Translations under genes and position numbers: made by a program
NCBI GenBank assembly: GCA_947632115.1
Contig: CANROB010000004.1
Coordinates: 709 to 64,708 of the forward strand
Length of the DNA: 64,000 nt
Source of the DNA: an uncultured Bacilli bacterium
GTDB taxonomy: Bacteria; Bacillota_I; Bacilli_A; RF39; UBA660
Direction: 5' to 3'
The notes under the pieces: model-generated
Database searches by the model: none
Told to the model about the DNA's origin: nothing
Seen by the model: only the letters and a program-made list of their open reading frames with translations
Shown: in pieces, positions 44,852 through 55,272 of the stretch
Position numbering within the stretch: position 1 is the stretch's first letter
Layout of the letters: each line of letters starts with the position of its first letter

Positions 44852-45169
44852 TTAAACCATTTCTTGCACTTGACCATTATATTTTTGATAAGCTTCTGTA
44901 ATTTTTTGGGCATCTGCTTTTTCTAATTCATACCATCCTCTTTGAAAAGCATAATCAAAAAATAATCTTTGAAGATTCGATGTTTTATCAAAAATTGGTT
45001 TTATCTTATCATATAATTCCCGATTACTTAACTCATTTAAAGCATAAGAATAATTATTTACCATATTTTTAAGACATTCCAGTAAGTCATTAAGATAATC
45101 TTTATCATTCATATCTACTGTAGATGGAACTTCTACTTTAGGATTCATCACTTTATTTTCGTTATTCAT
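44852..45169 (-). CDS. Spore coat protein, Coat_F (CotF-like) domain
   Basis: NDKDYLNDLLECLKNMVNNYSYALNELSNRELYDKI...FQRGWY matches the Coat F domain pattern. 105 aa. Confidence 0.6.
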   Translation of the reverse strand: MNNENKVMNPKVEVPSTVDMNDKDYLNDLLECLKNMVNNYSYALNELSNRELYDKIKPIFDKTSNLQRLFFDYAFQRGWYELEKADAQKITEAYQKYNGQVQEMV

Positions 45170-45377
45170 TTGAACCTCCTACATAAAGAGCATCTAATAA
45201 AACTTGATAATGAGCTTTTAAAGTATTCGCTAAATTAGTAAATGCCTCTTTTAAAACGACATCTTGAACTTCTTGACTAAAATGATTTGCTTTTTTAGAA
45301 AGAGTAAAATTCCAATTCATCATATCTTCTAAATAAGACAAATCTTTCGTAGATACCATAGCAGGCACTGTATTCAT
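45162..45377 (-). CDS. Small helical protein paired with the CotF-like gene (probable spore coat-associated)
   Basis: 71 aa, 8-nt overlap with the CotF-like gene. Such two-gene units are common in spore formers. Confidence 0.4.
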   Translation of the reverse strand: MNTVPAMVSTKDLSYLEDMMNWNFTLSKKANHFSQEVQDVVLKEAFTNLANTLKAHYQVLLDALYVGGSNE

Positions 45378-45452
45378 AAAATCATCCTTTCTAACCTTAT
45401 AGTGCCCCTTCTAAGAAATCTTATACAAAAAAAAGATCAAAATTGATCTTTT

Positions 45453-47021
45453 TTAATGGCTTTTACGTTTTAAAAAGAAACAAGAAACACCAATTGCCAC
45501 AACAGCTAAAACCATAGTAGCTCCCCAAAGAACAGGATTGCTATTATCGAATGTGTTTGGAACAGAAATTGCTCCTTTTTCATGAATTAATTCTGCTTTT
45601 GCAACATCAGCATGTGGAACAACACCCTTATCTCCATTAGAAGACATTCTATATTCTCCATCTTCGTCCTCTACTACTTCATACTCTGTTCCAGCAGGTA
45701 ATCCCATGATTCTAATTCCTTCTTTATTTCTTAATGGGAAAGTAGCTGGTCTAGCCCCATTCTCATCAGCTTCGCCTAATTCTATAACATTTCTTTCATC
45801 ACTACCATCCATTGTATAGTAATAATTATCTGCTAACTCACTTCCCTCTGGTGGCGTAAGATATACGGTTAAATCAAATTGTTTTTCTGGATCAACACCC
45901 TCTTTAGTTACCTCTTTAACCTCTAGATCTCCAAAATCCTTATCCCAATTGGTAACATAAATGGTTTCTTGATTTCCATATAAACTATTAAGTTGACCAA
46001 CATATTTATTTCCTTCTTGTTTTACATTTGTTAAATTAGAAGAAAATAAAGTTCTATATTGATCGTTTTCTGCTTCCTCAATTTCTACTGTCATAACTCC
46101 AGTATCCCCTTCAAGAGAACAGTCATAAAGAGGAACGGTATTATCTAATGTTATCGTACCATCAGCTGCTTTAGTACTAGAGAATTCATATGATTTATAC
46201 TCTACCGCATCTAATGTTTCTAAGTTAACTCTTCTAATCATATCATAATATTTAGCATTTTCGTCTACAGCGCAAGCATCCTCCGTAAGACAAATTAAAG
46301 CTCCATTCGGATAAGCATAATAAGCTCTTACCTTTAAAGTGGCTTCCCAATCCTCTTCTGTTGGAGGATATACTTCTTTTATAATTTGAACACCACTTTT
46401 CATGCCAGGAACTTTTTTATGAATCCAAGCTGTACTTTTACAAATACCACCTGGACCAAATCCATCTGGGCCTAACTCTTTCGTCCAATCTGAATTGTCA
46501 TGTTCTAAAGCAATACTAAAACTATTATTTGTTTTTGAAGTTTGTACATTTTTTGTTTTAATAGCTGTAGTAAGTTCACCACTTAATAATCTTTTAACCT
46601 CAATGCTGATAGGCTCAACAAAAGTAATATTTTTACTCGTAATCTCTGATTCATAAACAGTATAATTGCCTTCTGTTAAATTTGTGAAATGAACATTACC
46701 AATGTCATCTGTTTTTATTTGAGTAGCTTTTGATTCACTATCTACCCAACCAGTAATAGCATAACCCTCACTTGCTTCTTCTACTACTGCGAATTGTCTT
46801 TCACCATTTACAACACGGCTTAATTTGAATCCAATATTCGATAAATTTTCATTTCTACCTTTTACACCTACGTGAACATTCAAAGCAATAGAGCCATTTT
46901 TAACAGAATGTTCATAGTAGTTTGTTTGCATCTTAGGAGACATTGTTACTACCATAGAAAAGCAAAAAGCAAAAAAGAAAATTCCACAAATTAATGGACA
47001 ATTCTCTTTAAGATTCTTCAT
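45453..47021 (-). CDS. Cell-surface protein with Cna-B/SpaA-like domain(s) and a C-terminal sorting-signal-like tail
   Basis: Signal peptide. IGNVHFTNLTEGNYTVYESE is Cna-B/SpaA-like. The C-terminus is VPNTFDNSNPVLWGATMVLAVVAIGVSCFFLKRKSH: motif, hydrophobic stretch, then a basic tail. Confidence 0.65.
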   Translation of the reverse strand: MKNLKENCPLICGIFFFAFCFSMVVTMSPKMQTNYYEHSVKNGSIALNVHVGVKGRNENLSNIGFKLSRVVNGERQFAVVEEASEGYAITGWVDSESKATQIKTDDIGNVHFTNLTEGNYTVYESEITSKNITFVEPISIEVKRLLSGELTTAIKTKNVQTSKTNNSFSIALEHDNSDWTKELGPDGFGPGGICKSTAWIHKKVPGMKSGVQIIKEVYPPTEEDWEATLKVRAYYAYPNGALICLTEDACAVDENAKYYDMIRRVNLETLDAVEYKSYEFSSTKAADGTITLDNTVPLYDCSLEGDTGVMTVEIEEAENDQYRTLFSSNLTNVKQEGNKYVGQLNSLYGNQETIYVTNWDKDFGDLEVKEVTKEGVDPEKQFDLTVYLTPPEGSELADNYYYTMDGSDERNVIELGEADENGARPATFPLRNKEGIRIMGLPAGTEYEVVEDEDGEYRMSSNGDKGVVPHADVAKAELIHEKGAISVPNTFDNSNPVLWGATMVLAVVAIGVSCFFLKRKSH

Positions 47022-48297
47022 TCATCTTTCCTCCTTCTATAGAAATACTTTCTAATAAACCTAAAAGTATCCACATAAGTGGTGCGACTAAATATATCGT
47101 GGAATTAAAAAACACTTGCATACTATAACACAGTATTCCAATACCCAAAGCTAGGGAATAGGAATTCTTTTTTCTTGTTGTAATAGCATAAACTAATCCA
47201 CATAAGATAGTCGCTATATACGCTAACGTTCCAAAAATTCCAATTGTAACTAAATATTCTAAGTAAGCATTATGAGCATCTCCTACAGACATGGCTGTTC
47301 CATTTGTCAAGCGATACCACTGAATATCATAACGGTACCCAGAAGAACTTGGCCCCGTACCAATCCAAGGATGTTCTAAAAATAGCGTAATTCCTCGTTT
47401 CCATATTTGTCCACGACCTGTCCCAAAGTCATCATCCAGTCTTCCATGGAGAACTTGAGACATCTCATAAATAGTTCCACTCTTCTTTGGATAAAAATAT
47501 ATCATTGTTGCACTAAGAAGAACTAATATGACACAAACTACAGAAGCTATTTTCATTGTTTTTTCTTTATGAAAGAAAAATGGGATAGATACGAATGCAC
47601 AACCAAGAATAGCTACAACTCCTGCTGATACACCACAATTTAATAAGATAACTAGACCTAAAATGGCAGGAAAAATTAAAAATCGATCAACGTGATTCTT
47701 AGACTTCCAAGAATATATTCCCAAGACAGGTACTGTAAGGCATAAATATGTAGATAAAAAATCAATATTGCCAATTGTACCTAAAAAACTTTGCATATTC
47801 GAGTAACTTAGTATACCAGGATATAAGTTTAATGGATTAAAACCAAGCATTTGTAAGAAACAAATGATACTGCATACACCAAGTCCAAAGCCTAAAGCCC
47901 ACAAATGAATTCTTTTAGGAACACAAAAGAAAGAAATTCCTAAAAAACTAATCACATAGAGAAAAATAACTAATAAATCATCACAGAGTCCTTCAGAAAA
48001 AAAGTTAATGAAACCATATGAAGAAGAAAGTGAAGAGATAATTGTGAATAGTAAAAAAACTACTGCCACTATATGAATGGGTCGAAAACGAATCGAAATT
48101 GGTTTCCTACAAATTAAATCTTTCAAAATACAGATTAATAAGCAAATAATCCAAATACAAGTAGTATACGTAAAAAAGTGGTATTTCACTACATCAACCG
48201 TTTGATATCCCGACCTTGTAATAACTAGTGGGAATAACCCTAACATGATTATGACATATAGATCTGTTATCCATTCACAAGTAAATTTTTTTCTCAT
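47008..48297 (-). CDS. O-antigen ligase/polymerase-like (Wzy_C domain) membrane protein
   Basis: About 10-12 TM segments plus an external loop with GTGPSS...GDAHNAYLEYLVTIGIFG, which is typical of Wzy_C. The 3' end overlaps the surface-protein start by 14 nt, with an AAGGAGGA SD inside. Confidence 0.6.
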   Translation of the reverse strand: MRKKFTCEWITDLYVIIMLGLFPLVITRSGYQTVDVVKYHFFTYTTCIWIICLLICILKDLICRKPISIRFRPIHIVAVVFLLFTIISSLSSSYGFINFFSEGLCDDLLVIFLYVISFLGISFFCVPKRIHLWALGFGLGVCSIICFLQMLGFNPLNLYPGILSYSNMQSFLGTIGNIDFLSTYLCLTVPVLGIYSWKSKNHVDRFLIFPAILGLVILLNCGVSAGVVAILGCAFVSIPFFFHKEKTMKIASVVCVILVLLSATMIYFYPKKSGTIYEMSQVLHGRLDDDFGTGRGQIWKRGITLFLEHPWIGTGPSSSGYRYDIQWYRLTNGTAMSVGDAHNAYLEYLVTIGIFGTLAYIATILCGLVYAITTRKKNSYSLALGIGILCYSMQVFFNSTIYLVAPLMWILLGLLESISIEGGKMNEES

Positions 48298-48446
48298 GTC
48301 GATAAAACCCTCCTACTGCAATTCTATATTTCTAGCCTCCTACTATCAAAAAGATACCACAAAATAAGGAAAATAGCAACAGTTTATTTAGAAAATACCT
48401 TTATTTTCAACTCAAATAAAAAAAGAAAAATTTTAAAAAATTTTTC

Positions 48447-48950
48447 TTAGAAACTATATTGATGATATAACGTCTCAAGGCAGCAGATATGATACTCTTC
48501 ATCCTCTATAATTCGCGCTAAAATATTTTGAATATAAGGATCCTGAATCTCTTCTATATGCTTTTGATATCTTTGAATCGTCCTTTGTTCTCTTTCGATA
48601 TCTTCCAATAAGATGTCTTTAAAATCAAGGGAATAATTAAGATACTTACTGGTCCAAGGAATAGGACAATTAATACTGCTATCTACCGTATAAAAGGCAG
48701 GACAATAACCTAACTTCCAAATAAGTTCGCCCAGAATAAAAAGATGATGCATCTCCATTTCGGCAATTTCTTTAAATATCTCTTTTTCTTCTTCCCGCAC
48801 AAGACTTTGAAAAAGATATTCATGAATGGCAGTATCTTCTCCCCCTTCTCCTGCATAATCCTCTAAAAGAATTTTTGCATATTCCACATTTTCTTGTTCC
48901 ACTTCAATTGGTGGATAAGGTCTTTTTAAATCGTTATTCAAATTCATCAC
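48447..48950 (-). CDS. Ferritin-like four-helix-bundle protein, CotJC/Mn-catalase-like
   Basis: YPPIEV...AKILLEDYAGEGGEDTAIHEYLFQS...IAEMEMHH...IIEDEEYH gives two E..H metal-binding motifs. 167 aa. Confidence 0.55.
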   Translation of the reverse strand: MMNLNNDLKRPYPPIEVEQENVEYAKILLEDYAGEGGEDTAIHEYLFQSLVREEEKEIFKEIAEMEMHHLFILGELIWKLGYCPAFYTVDSSINCPIPWTSKYLNYSLDFKDILLEDIEREQRTIQRYQKHIEEIQDPYIQNILARIIEDEEYHICCLETLYHQYSF

Positions 48951-49048
48951 CTATAAAATGGTATGAATAGCCAAATTCAAACATTCTTTTTGATTGCTAT
49001 ATTTTTGCTTTTATAGTAAAATAATAAAGAAAGAATAAGAGGGAAAAT

Positions 49049-51388
49049 ATGGATGAAATAGAACTAAAAAAACTAAATGATTACTGGAATGCTGCTAATT
49101 ATCTAGCAGCTGGGCAACTTTATCTTTTAGATAATCCATTGCTCGAAGAACCCTTAAAAAAGGAACATATCAAAAGAAAAATTGTTGGTCACTGGGGAAC
49201 CGTTCCAGGACAAAACTTCATATATACTCATTTAAATCGTATTATCAAAAAATATGACTTAAATATGATTTATATTTCTGGCCCAGGACATGGAGGAAAT
49301 GCTTTAGTAGCCCAAACCTATCTGGAAGGCACTTATAGTGAAGTATATCCTAATATCAGTCGAGATAAAGAAGGAATGAAAAAATTATTTAAACAGTTTT
49401 CTTTTCCTGGAGGAATTTCTAGTCATGTCGCACCAGAAACGCCTGGTTCTATTAATGAGGGAGGAGAATTAGGATATTCTTTAGCTCATGCGTTTGGAGC
49501 TGTTTTTGATAATCCTACTTTAATTGCGGCTTGTGTCGTTGGCGATGGAGAAGCCGAAACCGGTCCTCTTGCCACATCTTGGCATGCCAATAAATTTATC
49601 AATCCAGAACATGATGGAATTGTACTTCCTATCCTTCATTTAAATGGTTATAAAATCAGTAATCCCACTATTTTCTCTCGAATCTCTAAAGAAGAAATTA
49701 CGAGATTCTTTGAAGGGTGTGGATGGCGTCCTTATTTTGTAGAAGCAGACGATGACCTTACTATGCATGAGATTATGGCCGAAACGCTTGATAAAATTGT
49801 CGTTCGCATTCTAGAAATTTGGAAGAACGCTAGAATTGAAAAGAAAAAGGTAAGGCCTCTTTATCCAATGATTATTTTCCGTTCTAAAAAAGGATGGACT
49901 GGTCCTAAAGAAGTAGATGGTAAAGAGGTAGAAGGAACTTTTAGAGCACATCAAGTACCTATCAGTATGGAAAAAGAAGAACACATTGCCTTGTTAGAAT
50001 CTTGGCTTAGAAGTTATCATCCAGAAAATTTATTTGATAAAAATGGTACTTTAATTCCTGAACTTCAAGAGTTAGCCCCTACTGGAAATCGTCGTATGGG
50101 CGCTAATCCCCATGCGAATGGAGGTCTTCTTCTTAGAGACTTAAGACTACCTGATTTCCGTGATTATGCTTTAAAATTCAATCATCCAGGTGAAATAGAA
50201 GCACAGGACATGATAGAATTAGGCGGATTCATCCGTGATATTTTTGTTCTTAACCAAGAAAGCAAGAATTTCCGTATCTTTGGGCCTGATGAAACTATGT
50301 CAAATCGACTTTCTAAAGTATTTGAAAAAACCAATCGGATGTGGAATGCCCAAATGCTTCCAAACGATGAATTTCTAGCAACCGATGGTAGAGTTATGGA
50401 TTCTATGCTTAGTGAACACATGTGTGAGGGATGGCTAGAAGGATACTTATTAACCGGTAGACACGGAGTATTTGCTAGTTACGAGGCCTTCATTCGAATT
50501 ATTGACTCCATGGCGAGCCAACACGCCAAATGGTTAAAAGTTACCTCAGAATTACCATGGAGACAAAGTATTGCTTCCCTAAATTATTTATTATCTTCCA
50601 ATGTATGGCAACAAGATCATAATGGATTTACTCATCAAGACCCAGGCTTCTTAGATCATGTTGCTACTAAAAAAGCAGATATTGTAAGAATTTATTTACC
50701 TCCTGATACGAACTGCCTATTATCTGTTTTTGATCACTGTATTCGTAGTCGAAACTATATTAATGTCATGGTTACTTCTAAACATCCTAGACCACAATGG
50801 TTAACCATGGAAGAAGCGATTAAACACTGTACGCAGGGTATTAGTATTTGGAAATGGGCTTGTACCGATTATGATAATGATCCTGATATCATTTTAGCTT
50901 GTGCAGGAGATACACCAACACTAGAATGTCTAGCGGCAGTCTCTATTTTAAAAGAGAAAAATATTGATGTAAAAATTCGCTTTATCAATGTCGTTGATTT
51001 GATGAAATTACAACCACAATCTAAACACCCTCACGGATTAAGTGACATAGAGTACGATGAATTATTTACGAAAAATAAACCGATTGTCTTTGCTTATCAC
51101 GGATACCCATCTTTGATTCATGAACTTCTTTATCACCGTCATAATCGTAATTTACATGTATGTGGCTATATGGAAGAAGGAACGATTACTACTCCTTTTG
51201 ATATGCGGGTTCAAAATCAAATTGATAGATATCATCTTGTTATGGATATCGTAAGAAGAGTCCCAAGATTAGAATCTATCAGTGCTTATATTATTCAAGA
51301 AATGCAAGAAAAATTAATTGAGCATAAACAATATATCGAAGAATATGGCGAAGATTTAGAAGAAGTAAAAAATTGGAAATGGAAATAA
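49049..51388 (+). CDS. xfp: Xylulose-5-phosphate/fructose-6-phosphate phosphoketolase
   Basis: 779 aa, with [25 protein letters not shown] and GDGEAETGP (the XFP signatures). Confidence 0.95.
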   Translation: MDEIELKKLNDYWNAANYLAAGQLYLLDNPLLEEPLKKEHIKRKIVGHWGTVPGQNFIYTHLNRIIKKYDLNMIYISGPGHGGNALVAQTYLEGTYSEVYPNISRDKEGMKKLFKQFSFPGGISSHVAPETPGSINEGGELGYSLAHAFGAVFDNPTLIAACVVGDGEAETGPLATSWHANKFINPEHDGIVLPILHLNGYKISNPTIFSRISKEEITRFFEGCGWRPYFVEADDDLTMHEIMAETLDKIVVRILEIWKNARIEKKKVRPLYPMIIFRSKKGWTGPKEVDGKEVEGTFRAHQVPISMEKEEHIALLESWLRSYHPENLFDKNGTLIPELQELAPTGNRRMGANPHANGGLLLRDLRLPDFRDYALKFNHPGEIEAQDMIELGGFIRDIFVLNQESKNFRIFGPDETMSNRLSKVFEKTNRMWNAQMLPNDEFLATDGRVMDSMLSEHMCEGWLEGYLLTGRHGVFASYEAFIRIIDSMASQHAKWLKVTSELPWRQSIASLNYLLSSNVWQQDHNGFTHQDPGFLDHVATKKADIVRIYLPPDTNCLLSVFDHCIRSRNYINVMVTSKHPRPQWLTMEEAIKHCTQGISIWKWACTDYDNDPDIILACAGDTPTLECLAAVSILKEKNIDVKIRFINVVDLMKLQPQSKHPHGLSDIEYDELFTKNKPIVFAYHGYPSLIHELLYHRHNRNLHVCGYMEEGTITTPFDMRVQNQIDRYHLVMDIVRRVPRLESISAYIIQEMQEKLIEHKQYIEEYGEDLEEVKNWKWK

Positions 51389-51425
51389 AAAAGAAAGTCT
51401 AATTACATTGACTTTCTTTTATTTT
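51387..51425. terminator. Bidirectional terminator between xfp and the TPR-like gene
   Basis: AAGAAAGTC-(10 nt)-GACTTTCTT with an A-run before and a T-run after. Confidence 0.6.
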
Positions 51426-52784
51426 CTGATAAATGGCATTACCCGTTACAGGAGAAATTTCAACACCATCTTTCGTATCTTCTTCATATTGTACATTTAA
51501 TCTCTTCATCCACTCAGAAAGAGAACATCCCTTAGCATTCATTCTTGTTTTATGATAACAATCCATAGCTACTTGCATGGCTTTTTCACGATTATTGGTT
51601 TCACGATAAAGTAGATAAAGAAAAGTAGAAGCTTCCTCATAATAACAATATCCTTCTTGTAAATATTCCTCCGCATATTGAATGGCTGAGGTAGTATCTC
51701 CAAGCTTCTTAGATACTTCAGCCACCTTTAATTGAAGATAAGGAACTTTCATTTTACCATAACCATATTCATAATGGGTAAGAGCCTCTTCATAAGCACC
51801 TTCTAATTCTAATTTCGATGCAGTATCAGAAAGATAGTTCAACTCCTTACCAAACATTTCCTCTAACTGTTTTTCATAAATTAAACGTTCATAAAGAGAA
51901 ACCATATCTGCTTGTTCTTGCGTTAGGGGAATCTTTCTTAAAAGTTCACACTCATCGATAAGAGGTGAGAATACTTTCAAAGCCATATAAGAATCCATAA
52001 AATAAAAGTGACTATCGGCATCTTTTCTATCCACTTCTAATAATTTTTGGGATAGTAACATTCGATTTCCAACATGTTTCTCTTTGGCATAAAGTGTTTT
52101 AATTTCTTCTTTTTGAGCTTCCATCCGTTTTTCAAATAATCTTTTAGCAAGAATTAAAACCCAAGAAAAATCTACTTGTGTATCTTTTTGAAGTGATAGA
52201 TTGTGACAGATTTCTAGATGCTTTACCACTTTATCAAAATTATTTTCTTTTAAAGCACAACCGGCTAAATAATAATTTCTAATAATGGGTGGGAAAGTTA
52301 CTTCACCATTTAAAATCTTAGTACTTTCAATCGGTTCATAAGAAGTTTCTTTGTCCATAAGAAAATTTAATAAAGCATATACTAAAGAAAAATCATAATC
52401 TGGAGTATCATAAGTTTCTAATTCCAGATAAGCTTCTTTATAGTTTTCTTCTAAAAGAGAAGCTAAGAATAAACCTAATCGAGATAGTGTTTCTTCTTGA
52501 TTTTCTGTTAAAGCCATATAATAATGCATTTTTGCATTGACAATATAATTTTGAACATCACATTTTCGATTTTTTTGTAAGCGTGCTTTTGCCTCTAACA
52601 AGTTTACCCTTCCTAACATTTGTTCTAATTCCCATACATTTTGATAATTCATTTTTTGACATTGTTGTAAAAATCTTTTAGCTCGATTGATTTGATGCAT
52701 GCTTAATTTTTTTTCTTGTAATATATTTTTAGCCTGTTGAAAATAAATCTCTGAAAGTTCAATCGTATCTTTTTCTCCTAACAT
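51399..52784 (-). CDS. Hypothetical TPR-like helical repeat protein
   Basis: Repeated A/Y/L-spaced helical pairs (e.g. EGAYEEALTHYEYGY, GDTTSAIQYAEEYL). Start at MLGEKD (52782-52784) with a GGGAGA SD; the track begins at 52796. Confidence 0.5.
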   Translation of the reverse strand: MLGEKDTIELSEIYFQQAKNILQEKKLSMHQINRAKRFLQQCQKMNYQNVWELEQMLGRVNLLEAKARLQKNRKCDVQNYIVNAKMHYYMALTENQEETLSRLGLFLASLLEENYKEAYLELETYDTPDYDFSLVYALLNFLMDKETSYEPIESTKILNGEVTFPPIIRNYYLAGCALKENNFDKVVKHLEICHNLSLQKDTQVDFSWVLILAKRLFEKRMEAQKEEIKTLYAKEKHVGNRMLLSQKLLEVDRKDADSHFYFMDSYMALKVFSPLIDECELLRKIPLTQEQADMVSLYERLIYEKQLEEMFGKELNYLSDTASKLELEGAYEEALTHYEYGYGKMKVPYLQLKVAEVSKKLGDTTSAIQYAEEYLQEGYCYYEEASTFLYLLYRETNNREKAMQVAMDCYHKTRMNAKGCSLSEWMKRLNVQYEEDTKDGVEISPVTGNAIYQKIKESQCN

Positions 52785-52976
52785 AATATCTCCCATCTAT
52801 TCTTTTTAAACAAAAGAACAAGGTATGGCTAGAAAAGCAATACCTGTTTCAAAATTTTTTATAAAAAGTTCTTTTTCGTTTCGACAAACCGGGTGATATT
52901 TTACCAAAAATATCTTGTGCTGTCAAATTAATCTATTTACTTCCAAATCCAATTTTCGTATAATGAAAATAGGAGA

Positions 52977-55145
52977 GTGGTGAGATTGCGGGAATTAGAA
53001 GAAAAAATTATTCATTTATTAGAAAAGAAAGGTTCTAAACTAACCATTCAACAATTTACATCTCTTTTAAATTTGCAAAAAGAAGAAATTGCTCTTTTAA
53101 AAGAAGTCTTAGAAAATTTAGAATTAAAAGGTCTTATTTATTTAACTGATTCTGAGGAATACATACTATTTCCAAAAGAGGAAAACTTAGTCATTGGAGA
53201 ACTGCGATATGACTGTAAACAGCGTCCTTTCGCGCTCGTTGGACACAATATGGTATTTATTCCTGATAACCAGTTAAATGGTGCCTTAAAAGGAGATATT
53301 GTTCTTGTCAAAAGAAATCAATTTACAAAAATGGGAGAAAATATATCTACCGTTAAGAAAATTCTAAAAAGGCAAAACAATACAGTTGTCTTTGAATGTA
53401 GGAAAAAAGGCGGAAAAAAAGTTTTTGTTCCTTACAATAGTCCTTTTACCTTTAAAGTATCTCTTAGTAAAAAAGATAGAAATCGCCTGCAAGATGGTGA
53501 CCGTTTCTTTTTAGAAATTGATAAAGTAAATCACAATGGCAATTTTCACGGCGATGTTATTTGTTTTGTAGGCCACAAAGATGATCCTAATCTCGATATT
53601 AAAACCATTGCTGCCTCTCATGGTATTCGTATCGAATTTCCAGAAGAGGTCATGGAAGAAGCAGAGGATATTCCAACATCTATTTCTGAAAAAGAGATTC
53701 AGGCAGAATTAAAAAGTGGTCGGGTTGATTTAAGAGAGAAAATGATTTTTACCATTGATGGAAAAAAATCCAAAGACCTAGATGATGCTATTAGTCTAGA
53801 AATCAATGAACGAGGAAATTTTCTTCTAGGCGTTCATATTGCTGATGTTAGTTATTACGTAAAAGAAGGATCAAAGATTCAACAAGAAGCGTTCTTAAGA
53901 GGACACAGTTATTACTTTTTAAACTTAGTTTTTCCTATGATTCCCCCAAAATTATCTAACGGTATTTGTTCGCTAAATCCAAAGGTAGACCGATTCACAA
54001 AGACCTGTGAAATAGAAATCACTCAATCAGGAGAAATCGTAGGATATCGTATTTTTAACAGTATCATTCGTTCTCGTAAAAAAATGTCTTATGAAGATGT
54101 AAATGAGATTTTTGATCAAAAAAGTTTTCTAAAAGACTATGAAGAGTTTTTACCAACTCTACATTTAATGTATCAACTATCCTATATTTTAGACCGTAAA
54201 AAATATCAACGAGGATATATCAGTTTCGGTGATAAAGATTTTATTATTCATACTGATGAACAGGGTCTTCCTACCCATATTACACCCTTGATTCGCGGAT
54301 CTTCTGAAAAATTAATTGAAAATTTTATGCTCCTTGCTAATGAAATGACTGCTTCTTATTCCAAGGATTTACATTTAGAGGAAGAAGAACTTCCCTATAT
54401 CTATCGAATCCATGGTTTACCGGATAAAGGAAGAATTAAAGAGGCTATTACGTATTTAACGCAAAGTGGTTATTCTCTAGATAAAAGAAACTATGAAAAT
54501 CCTAAAGAGTTCCAAAAGTTAGTGGAATCTATGTCTCAATTAGATGCTTATCCAGCTATTTCTGATCTTCTCATTCGGGGATTATCGAAAGCAAAATATA
54601 GTATTCATAATTTAGGACATTTTGGACTAGCTCTAGACTACTATACCCACTTTACTTCCCCTATTAGAAGATATTCGGATTTACAAACCCATTATAATTT
54701 AAATAACTATGTTTCTCAGGAACGAAGATTATTAGACCCTAAGATAGAAAGAGAAAAAATGCTTGCAGTTTGTAAACAAACCACCAAGGTAGAAAAAATT
54801 GCTGAATCTACCGATCAAGAAATTACAGGTTATAAATTAGCGCAATTTATGGATAATAAAGTAGGGCAAATTTTTGAAAGCATGATTACTCATATTAGTA
54901 AGAACCATGTTGTAGTAAGAACTTCTGATTTTGTGACCGGAAACATCCTTACTAAAGATTTTATCCAAATGGGATTTGAATTAACCAATAATGATACTAC
55001 TCTCATCCATCCCGTAACAAAAAAGATGTTAAGAATTGGCGATACCCTTACCGTTCAATTACAAGAAGTAAACTTAGAAACGAGAAAAATTTGGTTTATG
55101 CTCCCTGAAGGTAAACCAAAAGTTTATGTGAAAAAAGGTGCTTAA
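52977..55145 (+). CDS. rnr: Ribonuclease R (RNB family 3'-5' exoribonuclease)
   Basis: RNB motifs SKDLDDAIS, HFGLALDYYTHFTSPIRRYSDL, and a C-terminal S1-like domain. The start is uncertain: GTG 52977/52980 or TTG 52986 after an AGGAG at about 52970. Confidence 0.9.
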   Translation: MVRLRELEEKIIHLLEKKGSKLTIQQFTSLLNLQKEEIALLKEVLENLELKGLIYLTDSEEYILFPKEENLVIGELRYDCKQRPFALVGHNMVFIPDNQLNGALKGDIVLVKRNQFTKMGENISTVKKILKRQNNTVVFECRKKGGKKVFVPYNSPFTFKVSLSKKDRNRLQDGDRFFLEIDKVNHNGNFHGDVICFVGHKDDPNLDIKTIAASHGIRIEFPEEVMEEAEDIPTSISEKEIQAELKSGRVDLREKMIFTIDGKKSKDLDDAISLEINERGNFLLGVHIADVSYYVKEGSKIQQEAFLRGHSYYFLNLVFPMIPPKLSNGICSLNPKVDRFTKTCEIEITQSGEIVGYRIFNSIIRSRKKMSYEDVNEIFDQKSFLKDYEEFLPTLHLMYQLSYILDRKKYQRGYISFGDKDFIIHTDEQGLPTHITPLIRGSSEKLIENFMLLANEMTASYSKDLHLEEEELPYIYRIHGLPDKGRIKEAITYLTQSGYSLDKRNYENPKEFQKLVESMSQLDAYPAISDLLIRGLSKAKYSIHNLGHFGLALDYYTHFTSPIRRYSDLQTHYNLNNYVSQERRLLDPKIEREKMLAVCKQTTKVEKIAESTDQEITGYKLAQFMDNKVGQIFESMITHISKNHVVVRTSDFVTGNILTKDFIQMGFELTNNDTTLIHPVTKKMLRIGDTLTVQLQEVNLETRKIWFMLPEGKPKVYVKKGA

Positions 55146-55147
55146 AA

Positions 55148-55179
55148 AAGAAAGTTAATGAATATAACTTTCTTTTTTT
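55148..55179 (+). terminator. Rho-independent terminator after rnr
   Basis: AAGAAAGTTA-ATGAATA-TAACTTTCTT followed by TTTTT. Confidence 0.75.
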
Positions 55180-55272
55180 GTTGACTCAATAAAGTCTTTA
55201 AAACGATTTAATCCTTTTGCTTTAGACATTTTTTCTTTCTATTTTCATATTTTTTAATAGAAATGAGGTTTT

